From Minisyncoccota bacterium (GTDB lineage: Bacteria; Patescibacteriota; Microgenomatia; UBA1400; PJMF01): 64,000 bases of DNA. The stretch spans positions 19,088-83,087 of the forward strand of contig PJMF01000010.1 in the NCBI GenBank assembly GCA_003173865.1. The letters run 5' to 3'. Of this stretch, positions 19,261 through 27,573 are shown one piece after another (the stretch's first letter is position 1; every line of letters begins with the position of its first letter). The notes under the pieces are model-generated. The model had not been told where the DNA came from and made no database searches. It worked only from the letters and a program-made list of their open reading frames with translations. The position numbers and the translations under genes were made by a program.

Positions 19261-19960
19261 TGTTTGCCTCTTGTAAATCAATTCGCCCTTCATAAATGGC
19301 CTTCCCAATAATGACTCCTGCAACATTCATCGTCTTCAGTTTTTTAATGTCAGTAATTGATGAGACACCACCAGCTACGATCAAAGGAGCTTTAACGATC
19401 TCAAGCAACTTACTTATGCCTTCATAGTCAGGTTGGGTGAGAGTGCCATCTTTCAATACATTAGTATAGATAAATTTCTTTACCCCTAACTGTTCAAGTC
19501 TTTGCGCTGTTTTCATCAAATCTTCACTTGTTTCTTCTTGCCAACCTCTTTTTGCTAGTTTCCCATTCTTGCTATCTAGAGAAACGATAACTTCTTCAGC
19601 ATAGAGACTAAGAATTTGTTTCAAAAGGTCTTCATTTTCTATAGCCAAAGTACCAATAATTACCTTACTGACCCCAATTGAAAGGAGTTGTTCAATTGTT
19701 TTTAAAGTTTGAATCCCACCCCCAACTTGAACAGGTACGGTAACTTTGACCATGATTTTTTGAACGGCTTCAAAGTTCTCTACTGCGCCGCTTTTCGCTC
19801 CATCTAAATCAACAATGTGTAATGCTTTTGCTCCTGCCAAGGTCCATTTCTGAGCCATTATCGTAGGATCGTCACTATAGACAGTTTCTTCAGAGAAATT
19901 GCCCTGTTTGAGGCGGACACACTTTCCGTTTCTGATATCGATAGCCGGAATAATTAACAT
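19250..19960 (-). CDS. hisA: ProFAR isomerase
   Basis: [17 protein letters not shown]. Confidence 0.9.
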   Translation of the reverse strand: MLIIPAIDIRNGKCVRLKQGNFSEETVYSDDPTIMAQKWTLAGAKALHIVDLDGAKSGAVENFEAVQKIMVKVTVPVQVGGGIQTLKTIEQLLSIGVSKVIIGTLAIENEDLLKQILSLYAEEVIVSLDSKNGKLAKRGWQEETSEDLMKTAQRLEQLGVKKFIYTNVLKDGTLTQPDYEGISKLLEIVKAPLIVAGGVSSITDIKKLKTMNVAGVIIGKAIYEGRIDLQEANNVS

Positions 19961-20556
19961 ATGCGTTTTCCAAAATTGTTTAACAACTGCAGACCTGCTT
20001 CACTGCTTTTTTCTGGGTGAAACTGCACTCCAAAAATATTTTTCACTTCTAAAACGCTGCAAAAAGTTTGATTGTAATCTGTTTGACCTATGATAACGGC
20101 TTTATCATCGGGTTCACAATAATATGAGTGAACAAAGTAAAAATAACTGTCATCTAGAACGTCTTTAAATAGTTTTGATCGCGAGTTAGCTCTGACCTGA
20201 TTCCAACCAATTTGAGGGACTTTTAAGTCAGTAGCAAACTTTTTGACTTTCCCTTTCACAATATTTAAGCAGTCAACATTTCCTTCTTCACTTTGCGAAA
20301 AAAGCAATTGCATGCCTAAGCAAATTCCCAGAAGGGGTTTCCCTGAACGTACATACTCCACAATAACTTTTTCTAAACCTCTTTGTTGTAAATTCCTCAT
20401 CCCTTCTCCCGCAGCACCAACTCCAGGCAAAATAAGTCCTTGAGCATTTTTAATCACAGTAGGGTCACTCGAAATCTGAACAGGAATTTCAAGTTTTTCT
20501 AGAGCATTTTTGACGCTGGTCAGATTACCTAGTCCATAATCGATGATCGTTATCAT
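19954..20556 (-). CDS. hisH: Imidazole glycerol phosphate synthase glutaminase subunit
   Basis: MITIIDYGLGNL; catalytic Cys in GICLGMQ. Confidence 0.9.
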   Translation of the reverse strand: MITIIDYGLGNLTSVKNALEKLEIPVQISSDPTVIKNAQGLILPGVGAAGEGMRNLQQRGLEKVIVEYVRSGKPLLGICLGMQLLFSQSEEGNVDCLNIVKGKVKKFATDLKVPQIGWNQVRANSRSKLFKDVLDDSYFYFVHSYYCEPDDKAVIIGQTDYNQTFCSVLEVKNIFGVQFHPEKSSEAGLQLLNNFGKRIC

Positions 20557-21209
20557 AGTAATGCTTTTTCTTTTAACTTAGCTCTTAATTCCTCGAGATT
20601 TTTAATAACAAGATCTGCCCCAATCGATGGATAATCATTAGGCAAATTCTCGGTTAGACAGACTGTAAAAGCTCCACTCTCCTTTCCTGCTTGAACGCCT
20701 TTGTTGGAATCTTCAAGTACAATTGTTGAATCTGGTTGTGACCCTAACATTTCCATTGCTTTTACATACCCATCAGGAGCGGGTTTCGGCTTCATTCCTT
20801 CCGTATCGTTTAAAGACATCACGAATTGAAAAGTGTTTTTTGCTTCTAGTTTTGCAAGAACTAAATCAATCCAATTCTGTCGAGAAGAGGAAACTAGCCC
20901 AAGCGTAAAACCTTTCTCTATTAACTCGCTTAAAAATCTTTTAATTCCAGGAGTAAGTTTTGCTTCTGCATAAACAGTTTTGGCGTACTCATCATAAATA
21001 CGTAGATAATCTTGTTTACTGATCTGTAATCCATATTGACAAGCAATTTCATAAATAGCATTAATAGAGTTACCTAAAATCTGATCTTTAATTTTCGGGT
21101 AAGTTTCTTCTCCCATTAACTCAGCGAGAAAAACTTGCTCGTATTTTTCCCAGACAGGTTCACTATCAATAATTACGCCATCCATGTCAAAGATAAAAGC
21201 TTTTGTCAT
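20553..21209 (-). CDS. HAD-IA hydrolase, candidate histidinol-phosphate phosphatase
   Basis: MTKAFIFDMDGVIIDS (DxDG motif). Sits between hisB and hisH. Start trimmed from the track ORF; ATGA overlap with the hisB stop. Confidence 0.65.
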   Translation of the reverse strand: MTKAFIFDMDGVIIDSEPVWEKYEQVFLAELMGEETYPKIKDQILGNSINAIYEIACQYGLQISKQDYLRIYDEYAKTVYAEAKLTPGIKRFLSELIEKGFTLGLVSSSRQNWIDLVLAKLEAKNTFQFVMSLNDTEGMKPKPAPDGYVKAMEMLGSQPDSTIVLEDSNKGVQAGKESGAFTVCLTENLPNDYPSIGADLVIKNLEELRAKLKEKALL

Positions 21210-21865
21210 AGCTTGCCTTCCATCCCTGTACCTTTCAAACCAATGGTTGTACCAGCACGGTAAGGACATGGCCCTAAGGACTCTCGTAGGGCTTCACCAA
21301 AGGCTTTGAAAGCAGCTTCCCAGGTGTGGTGAGAATCTTCTCCAGCAAAAAACTGCACTTGAACAACACAACCTGCACCTTGGGAAAATCCATCAAAGAA
21401 TTGACGCAAGTTAGTGCTTAAAATATCTTCGACTTGCTCTAGTTTCATTCCTGGCACTTCACCCCTTAAAAAGGTATAGGCCCTTCCGTCAAAGGCAAGT
21501 GTGACAGCAACGAGCGCTTCATCAAAAGCCACGGTATAAAAACCTCTCTGATTCACGCCTTCCTCTTTACGAGCATCGAGCATTTCTCGCACAGCTCGTC
21601 CCAGGGCCAAGCCAGTATCTTCTACCACTATGTGATCGAGAGGTTCTGCGATAGTAGGAGTATAGGTGATGTCAAAATTCAAGCAGGCGCGTGAAGCTAT
21701 GCCTGTTAGCATGTGATTGAAAAATCGATTGCCGGTTTGGATTTTGTACTCACGTCGAGGCACATCTTCGATTGCTATATCGATTTGTGATTCCAATGTC
21801 ACTCGAGATAAAGAAATTTTTTCTTTTTTTGCTTCGTTAATAAACAAACCTAATTTTTTATTCAT
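21206..21865 (-). CDS. hisB: Imidazoleglycerol-phosphate dehydratase
   Basis: HMLTGIASRA; DSHHTWEAAFKAFG. Confidence 0.9.
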   Translation of the reverse strand: MNKKLGLFINEAKKEKISLSRVTLESQIDIAIEDVPRREYKIQTGNRFFNHMLTGIASRACLNFDITYTPTIAEPLDHIVVEDTGLALGRAVREMLDARKEEGVNQRGFYTVAFDEALVAVTLAFDGRAYTFLRGEVPGMKLEQVEDILSTNLRQFFDGFSQGAGCVVQVQFFAGEDSHHTWEAAFKAFGEALRESLGPCPYRAGTTIGLKGTGMEGKL

Positions 21866-23162
21866 ATACTCTCCTTTTTTGATTCAGTCGAACATTGACG
21901 CTATTCCAGTGTGCATCTAATTTTTCAATTCCGGACACAACATCAACAATCTCAGCTAAGTTTTCTAAACCTTCTTTAGTGAGATACTGTATTTCTGAAG
22001 ATTTCTGAAAGGTTTCAACACTTACTGCTGACACCATCTTTGACCAGTAGCCAGTCGGTAAAATGTGATTCGTGCCACTGGCATAATCTCCCACAGCGAC
22101 TGGAGCGTATTGGCCGAGAAATATAGACCCTGCATTTTTAATTTGGGGCAAAACCGCAAATGGTTCTGCAACCAACACTTCTAAGTGTTCGGGGCTGTAG
22201 TCATTCGTAAAATCAATCGCTTCTTGCCAGGATTCTGTGATAACTGCACAAGAATATTTTGCAAGTGATTTTTCAATTACTTCCCGTCTGGATAAATATT
22301 GAATTTGCCGCTCAACTTCTTTTTGCGTAGCTTTGGCCAGCTTTTCTGAATCAGTGACTAAAACTCCAGCAGCATCAGGCGCATGCTCAGCACGAGCCAA
22401 AATATCCGCCGCACAGAAAATTGGATTAGCATCTTTATCAGCCAAGATGATTGCTTCAGATGGTCCCGCCACCATATCAATATTAACTTTGCCATAGGCC
22501 AACATTTTGGCAGCTTGGGTATAAATGCTTCCTGGTCCGGAAATTTTTAAAACAGGCTGAATCGTTTCTGTTCCATAGGTCATCGCCGCAATTCCAGCAA
22601 TACCACCAACTCTATACACCTCATCACAACCAGCTAAGTCAGCAGCAATTAACATTTCTGGATACTCACCAGTAGGCGGGTAACACGCAACAACTCGGGG
22701 AACACCGGCCGCTTTGGCAGTAACGGTCAGAATTTGCATCACAGTTGGTAGCGGAACTTGACCAGCTGGCACTGCCAAACCAACTGAGGCGATTGGCGCA
22801 ATCTTGTAACCAACTTGTACTCCAGGCACAAAAGATTTCAATACAGTTTCCTGCTCAGCTTTTGAAAGCGCATTTTGTTTGGAAATACTGATTTGACGTT
22901 TCAGCACTTCCACTACACGAGGATCGACAATTTTATATGCGTTCTCAATATCCTTGCGCGTGACTCTCAAATCTTTCAATTCAAAATCTTTTTTATCAAA
23001 CTGACGCGTGTACTTTACAATTCCCACATCACCTTCATTTTTAATGGTTTCCATCCAGCCGGCCACGTATTCTTTGATTTCAGAAATATCGAGCATGGCA
23101 CGCTCAGTAATTTTTTTCTTTACTTGTGGGTCGGTTTCAGACCAGCGATAAATATTAAGCAT
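21858..23162 (-). CDS. hisD: Histidinol dehydrogenase
   Basis: Start trimmed to MLNIYRW. Typical HisD core. Confidence 0.9.
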   Translation of the reverse strand: MLNIYRWSETDPQVKKKITERAMLDISEIKEYVAGWMETIKNEGDVGIVKYTRQFDKKDFELKDLRVTRKDIENAYKIVDPRVVEVLKRQISISKQNALSKAEQETVLKSFVPGVQVGYKIAPIASVGLAVPAGQVPLPTVMQILTVTAKAAGVPRVVACYPPTGEYPEMLIAADLAGCDEVYRVGGIAGIAAMTYGTETIQPVLKISGPGSIYTQAAKMLAYGKVNIDMVAGPSEAIILADKDANPIFCAADILARAEHAPDAAGVLVTDSEKLAKATQKEVERQIQYLSRREVIEKSLAKYSCAVITESWQEAIDFTNDYSPEHLEVLVAEPFAVLPQIKNAGSIFLGQYAPVAVGDYASGTNHILPTGYWSKMVSAVSVETFQKSSEIQYLTKEGLENLAEIVDVVSGIEKLDAHWNSVNVRLNQKRRVYE

Positions 23163-24249
23163 AAGTTTTTTTTTCCTCCAAAACCTTGTTAATGCAATCG
23201 ACAACTTTTTGCTGATACTGTTCTTGGGGAATCCCTAAATAAAAATACTGTTCGCCAAATCCTTCATAAATAGAGCAGTCTTTGATAAAAATATTTTCTT
23301 TTTTTAGCTGCTCTTTGAGTTGAGCCCCAGTTGTTTTGGAAAGAATCTTGACGATAGAAAAGGTCGTTTTTGTGTCGAGAACTTCTAACTGATTAATTTG
23401 CCGGAGCTTGGTTTCAAACTTTTTCTTTAACTCCTGAAATTCTTTGATTGATTGTTTAATTAATTCTGGTTGCCGTAGGATCGTAATGGCGGCGGCTTGA
23501 GCAAATCGGTTAACACAAAACACTTGATTTGTCTGTTGAAGTCTATTTAAGTAGGCAGCGACTTCTTGATTACAGATTACATACCCCAATCTTGCACCGG
23601 CCAAAGCAAATACTTTTGAGAAACTTCGGATGATAATCAAGTTTGGATAATTTTTTGCTAGTTGAGCAGCTGTCACTCCACCTAATTCAAAGTAACACTC
23701 ATCAATTACCAGCAAACACTTGATCTTCTTCGCAATATATTCAATTTGGTCTTTAGTTAATAAAAGATTTCCAGTCGGATTATTTGGGTTGGCAATCCAG
23801 ACAACTTTTGTTTTTTCTGTTACAGCACCCAACAGTTTTTCTACATTCAGAGAAAAGTCTTCCTCTAATGACACAGTGACTGTCTTTGCACCCATCATTT
23901 GACTGACTGATTCAAAACAGGGATATGAAGGTAGGGGCATGACCACTTCATCACCTTCAGCAATAAATACTTTGGCAATTAGCTCCAGTGCCTCATCACT
24001 GCCATTGGTGGGAATAATATTCCCAGCCTCAACTTGATTGTATTGAGCAAGCTCTTCTCTCAATTCTTTTTTTGTTGGACTGAGATAAAGATTAATTTTC
24101 TCAATTTCTTTTTCGACCGCTTCTTTATATACCTCAATAAACTTTTGATTTTCTCCCCACAACAATCTCATCCCCGTATTGTCGGGAATATCACCCCAGT
24201 TTATTTCTTGCATCTCTCGAATTTGTTTGCGGACTAGTTGGACAATCAT
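23155..24249 (-). CDS. hisC: Histidinol-phosphate aminotransferase
   Basis: PLP-lysine region SFSKVFALAGARLGY. Confidence 0.85.
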   Translation of the reverse strand: MIVQLVRKQIREMQEINWGDIPDNTGMRLLWGENQKFIEVYKEAVEKEIEKINLYLSPTKKELREELAQYNQVEAGNIIPTNGSDEALELIAKVFIAEGDEVVMPLPSYPCFESVSQMMGAKTVTVSLEEDFSLNVEKLLGAVTEKTKVVWIANPNNPTGNLLLTKDQIEYIAKKIKCLLVIDECYFELGGVTAAQLAKNYPNLIIIRSFSKVFALAGARLGYVICNQEVAAYLNRLQQTNQVFCVNRFAQAAAITILRQPELIKQSIKEFQELKKKFETKLRQINQLEVLDTKTTFSIVKILSKTTGAQLKEQLKKENIFIKDCSIYEGFGEQYFYLGIPQEQYQQKVVDCINKVLEEKKTYA

Positions 24250-25508
24250 ATGTCTTGATCTTTCAACTTCTCTAAAACTTCTTGAAAACTGCAGGTAGTT
24301 TGTTCTCCTGTCTGGAGATTCTTGAGAACTAACTGTTGTTTACTCACCTCGTCAGAACCTGCAATAATGGCAAAGGGGATATTTTTCCTATCCGCGTATT
24401 TCAAGTGAGTAGATAATTTTTCTTGGCTGTTCAGGTATATCTCGGTATTAATACCTTGATCACGTAAGTCGCTTGCTATTTTGAGTGAATACTCTTCAAA
24501 AGATGGATCAAAAATGGACACAAACACTTGAGCTGTAGACTTGGCCGAATCTGGCCAGAGATTTTGATCAAGAATGACATCAACGATGCGATCTAGTCCC
24601 AAAGTTGTTCCTACTGCTGGCAAATCGGTACTTCCAAGTGAACCCATCAATTTGTCATATCTGCCCCCACCCGTAATTGACCCGATCTTCGGTTCAGTCA
24701 CTACAGTTTCAAAAATTGGACCAGTATAGTAATCAAGTCCACGAGCTAAAGTGGGGTCAAACTTCCACGAAGATTTTTGAACACCCAGACTCTCAAGAGC
24801 GGCAATGACTTTTTGGAGATACTCGTCCGGCTGAGCATTCTTGAGTGAAACAAAAATATTCTTGATTGTGTTTGAAGAGATGCCCTTTTCTGCAAGTTCT
24901 ACTTCTACTTCTTCTTGAGTCTTTTTATCTAACTTATCAATGGACTGGATAACCGATAAAGTTTTGTCTTTCGGCACTCCAGCTTTTTCCATCACATTAA
25001 ACAAGACTTGGCGACTATTGATACGAATCGTGAACTCGGCAAAATCAAGTCGCTGCAAACACTTTTCGATTAAAGCGACAATTTCCGCATCAGCCAGAGG
25101 TGAGGTATTCCCCACAATATCAATGTCGCATTGGGTAAATTCACGATACCGACCTTTGGCAGGTTTATCTGCTCGAAAAACATTCTGAATTTGATACCGC
25201 TTAAATGGTAAAGGCAAATCATTTTTATATTGAGAGACCACTCTCGCCAAAGGCACAGTGAGGTCATATCGCAAACCGACTTTGCGCTTCCCGTTATCTA
25301 GAAATTTATAGACAAGCTTATCTGCTTCATCACCATACTTCCCAAGCAACAACGCTTGTTGCTCTAATGTAGGCGTTTCCAGAGGCTCATAGCCAAAGGA
25401 CTCAAACACTTCTACAAGAGTTTCTTTCACTTGCTTTCTGATCGTCGCTTGCGCTGGTAATAAATCGCGAAAGCCTTTCAAAGTGATCGGTTGATTCTTT
25501 TTCTTCAT
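24246..25508 (-). CDS. hisS: Histidyl-tRNA synthetase, full length with anticodon-binding domain
   Basis: N-terminal KGFRDLLP. 420 aa including the C-terminal anticodon-binding domain, so not a HisZ. Confidence 0.8.
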   Translation of the reverse strand: MKKKNQPITLKGFRDLLPAQATIRKQVKETLVEVFESFGYEPLETPTLEQQALLLGKYGDEADKLVYKFLDNGKRKVGLRYDLTVPLARVVSQYKNDLPLPFKRYQIQNVFRADKPAKGRYREFTQCDIDIVGNTSPLADAEIVALIEKCLQRLDFAEFTIRINSRQVLFNVMEKAGVPKDKTLSVIQSIDKLDKKTQEEVEVELAEKGISSNTIKNIFVSLKNAQPDEYLQKVIAALESLGVQKSSWKFDPTLARGLDYYTGPIFETVVTEPKIGSITGGGRYDKLMGSLGSTDLPAVGTTLGLDRIVDVILDQNLWPDSAKSTAQVFVSIFDPSFEEYSLKIASDLRDQGINTEIYLNSQEKLSTHLKYADRKNIPFAIIAGSDEVSKQQLVLKNLQTGEQTTCSFQEVLEKLKDQDI

Positions 25509-25519
25509 ACTTCTCCTTT

Positions 25520-26392
25520 TTACAAAATCATTTTTTCAATTGGTAAAACGATAATTCCTGATGCACCAACACTCTTGAGTTTTTCAATAGTTTCCCAAAA
25601 CGTGTCTTCTTTAATGACTGTTTGCACTGATAACCACCCTTCTTTTGCTAAAGGGGAAATCGTTGGTGCTTTTAATCCAGGTGTAATCTTCTTTAATTTC
25701 GGCAGAATTTCTGCTGGAGCATTCATCATCACGTATTTGTAATTCTGGGCTGACAAAACCCCTTTGAAACGGATCATGAGTTTTTCTAGCAATACTCGTT
25801 TACTCTCTACGGATGAAGTTTTATCGTTTGCAATAAGAACCGCTTCTGAATCATAAATTTTCGTGAGCGGGCGCAAATCATTTAATGTCAGGGTACTCCC
25901 CGTTGATGTGAGATCGGCAATGGCTTGTGCTACACCCAACGTTGGCGCAATTTCCACGGAGCCATTAATTTTGATTGTTTCAACGGAAATTCCATTTTTC
26001 TTAAAGAAGTTTTTGGTTGAGTTGGGATAGGTGGTGGCGATAGTTTTTCCGCTCAAATCGGCTATTGCTTGTACTCCTGATTCCTTTGGTACAGCTAAGG
26101 TTAAGGCACAGAATCCATATCTCAAATTCAAAAGTTTCTTCACATTTGCCGGTCTTTCTTCATACAGCAAATTTTGACCAAGAATCCCAATATCCACGCT
26201 TCCTGAAGCCACATAATCTGGAATGTCATCATCACGAACATACACAATTTCGAGTGGAAAGTTTCGACAACTTGCAAAGAGCTTCTGCGTGTAACTTTCA
26301 AACTCCAAACCTGATTTCCGCAAAAAATCGAGCGTGTCATCAGTCAGACGACCACCCTTTTGAATTGCGAGTTTTAAACTTTTGTTGTTCAT
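25520..26392 (-). CDS. hisG: ATP phosphoribosyltransferase, long form
   Basis: MNNKSLKLAIQKGGRL. 290 aa implies the long regulatory form. The track ORF 25520..26602 is an artefactual extension through tRNA-His. Confidence 0.85.
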   Translation of the reverse strand: MNNKSLKLAIQKGGRLTDDTLDFLRKSGLEFESYTQKLFASCRNFPLEIVYVRDDDIPDYVASGSVDIGILGQNLLYEERPANVKKLLNLRYGFCALTLAVPKESGVQAIADLSGKTIATTYPNSTKNFFKKNGISVETIKINGSVEIAPTLGVAQAIADLTSTGSTLTLNDLRPLTKIYDSEAVLIANDKTSSVESKRVLLEKLMIRFKGVLSAQNYKYVMMNAPAEILPKLKKITPGLKAPTISPLAKEGWLSVQTVIKEDTFWETIEKLKSVGASGIIVLPIEKMIL

Positions 26393-26422
26393 ATTTGCTA
26401 TATATTCCTTTTTCAAATCTCT

Positions 26423-26497
26423 TGGACGGCTGAGGGGAGTTGAACCCCCGACTCTCTTCTCCACAGGAAGATGCTCTACCGCTGAGCTACAGCCGTC
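26423..26497 (-). tRNA. tRNA-His (GUG) with encoded G-1
   Basis: Minus strand reads GACGGCUG-UAGCUCAGCGGUAGAGC-A-UCUUC-CUGUGGA-GAAGA-...TTCAACT...CAGCCGUC. Anticodon GUG. 8-bp acceptor stem GACGGCUG/CAGCCGUC (G-1:C73). Full CCA not encoded. Confidence 0.85.
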
Positions 26498-26511
26498 ATA
26501 TTTTTTACAAC

Positions 26512-26757
26512 AAAAAACCTCCCGTTCATTACTCGCCACGTCAAAAACAACATGACAAATAAGGAACGAGAGGCAATAAAAAAGGACCTCCCGCGGTCCC
26601 ATCCTTAGTTCCTAAAAGTATTTCTCTTCTAGGCTCTTAGGCCGGCTCCGCTAATGCGACATCGGCTGTTGGATTTAACGGTTCAACTTCCGTAAGGCAT
26701 TTTGGCCTTCAGCTCGTGGATCGTGACTCCACTCAAACGCTTTTGTATTAACTTGTA
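26512..26757 (-). promoter_or_regulatory. His-specific T-box riboswitch leader with short Stem I
   Basis: Hairpin GUGGA-GUCACGA-UCCAC with CAC in the loop (26725-26723). F-box CCGUUA (26681-26676). T-box motif GGAUGGGACCGCGG (26610-26591) where UGGG's G matches the His C73 discriminator. Antiterminator element GGGAGG versus terminator CCUCUCGUUCC...GAACGGGAGG plus U6 (26573-26512). Confidence 0.6.
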
Positions 26758-26763
26758 ACAGGT

Positions 26764-26811
26764 ATTGTAGAGTATTAATTTAAAATGTCAACATGTTAAC
26801 TTATTAACATG
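26764..26811 (-). promoter_or_regulatory. Sigma-70-like promoter (-35 TTGACA, 16-nt spacer, -10 TACAAT) with abutting palindromic operator
   Basis: Minus strand -35 at 26791-26786 and -10 at 26769-26764. Inverted repeat CATGTTAA-ctta-TTAACATG at 26792-26811 lies immediately upstream of the -35. Confidence 0.45.
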
Positions 26812-26814
26812 GAT

Positions 26815-27117
26815 TTATCTTTTGGAAGAACCATATGTTCTCTGAAGAATAGCTGCATACCCTTGCCACTTTTCCTTGTAAAGCCATTGAGCAACTCGCG
26901 TCACAGTGGTTGTGCTTGTGCCCACTTTCTTGGAAATATCGAGGTATGAAAGTTTCGTCGTCCAGAGCAACTTAGCAATTTGAAATCGACTAGAGAACTC
27001 TTCAATTTCAGCGGGGGTGAGGATATCTCTCAAAAAAGAAGCTACTTCTTTTTGTCCTTTAAGAGAGGAAACAGCATTGATAAGCTCTTTGTCTTGTTTT
27101 GAAGGGTATGTTTGCAT
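26815..27117 (-). CDS. TrpR-family (YerC/YecD-like) DNA-binding protein
   Basis: 100 aa. ...LWTTKLSYLDISKKVGTSTTTVTRVAQWL carries an HTH resembling the YerC/TrpR-like family. Confidence 0.5.
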   Translation of the reverse strand: MQTYPSKQDKELINAVSSLKGQKEVASFLRDILTPAEIEEFSSRFQIAKLLWTTKLSYLDISKKVGTSTTTVTRVAQWLYKEKWQGYAAILQRTYGSSKR

Positions 27118-27272
27118 GTTAATATTTTAACATTGAGAATCTTGCAGACCAACATCAGCTTGCCAATTATTCAGGATTAATCACATAGAAGAGAATGACC
27201 CTAAATCTTAATTCAAATAAACTCAAATCTGAAGCTATGTTGATTTAGTGCTACTTGATTCAGCGATGCTGC

Positions 27273-27295
27273 ACGTGTGGGAGTTTATCCGAACA
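27273..27295 (+). repeat. Dispersed repeat copy C
   Basis: CACGTGTGGGAGTTTATCCGAAC. Confidence 0.55.
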
Positions 27296-27467
27296 TTTTT
27301 TAGTTGAGAATATTTCACTAGCATTTTAATTTCTGAGGTAAGTAAAAAACAACAAAAGCTCCTTAAGGAGCTTTTGCTTTTGCCTGGAAAAGGCACAATT
27401 GTAGGGTATACAATACCCTTATTATACATAAGAAAAAGAAAAAATCAAATTACTATAGGCTATATTG

Positions 27468-27573
27468 CGGAGGAAGCGGGATTCGAACCCGCGAAAAACA
27501 TTCCTGTATACCCTACAAATATGTCTTTTCCAGATTGTCACTCTAGTGCATTCGGCCGCTCTGCCACCCCTCC
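27468..27573 (-). tRNA. Atypical 106-nt tRNA-like gene (Tyr-like type II architecture, anticodon loop GUGACAA)
   Basis: GGAGGGG-UG-GCAGAGCGGCCGAAUGC-A-CUAGA-GUGACAA-UCUGG, then a 37-nt variable hairpin, then GCGGG-UUCGAAU-CCCGC-UUCCUCC-G. Acceptor 5 WC plus 2 G.U pairs. Too long for a standard tRNA. Confidence 0.4.

Noticed and set aside
24246-25508. Possibility that the aaRS-like gene inside the his operon is hisZ, the regulatory subunit
   Set aside because: The protein is 420 aa and retains the C-terminal anticodon-binding domain. The adjacent hisG is the long, HisZ-independent form. Called hisS, with the caveat that a second hisS elsewhere cannot be excluded.
25520-26602. ORF-track extension of hisG upstream to 26602 (360 aa)
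   Set aside because: The extra 70 codons read straight through the tRNA-His gene and T-box terminator. The conserved HisG N-terminus begins at MNNKS (ATG 26392).
26578-26606. Small hairpin GGACC-GCGGGA-GGUCC plus U6 as the T-box terminator
   Set aside because: It more likely belongs to the antiterminator/T-box helix. The larger downstream helix CCUCUCGUUCC...GAACGGGAGG plus U6, whose 5' strand can alternatively pair with GGGAGG next to the T-box, fits the terminator/antiterminator logic better.
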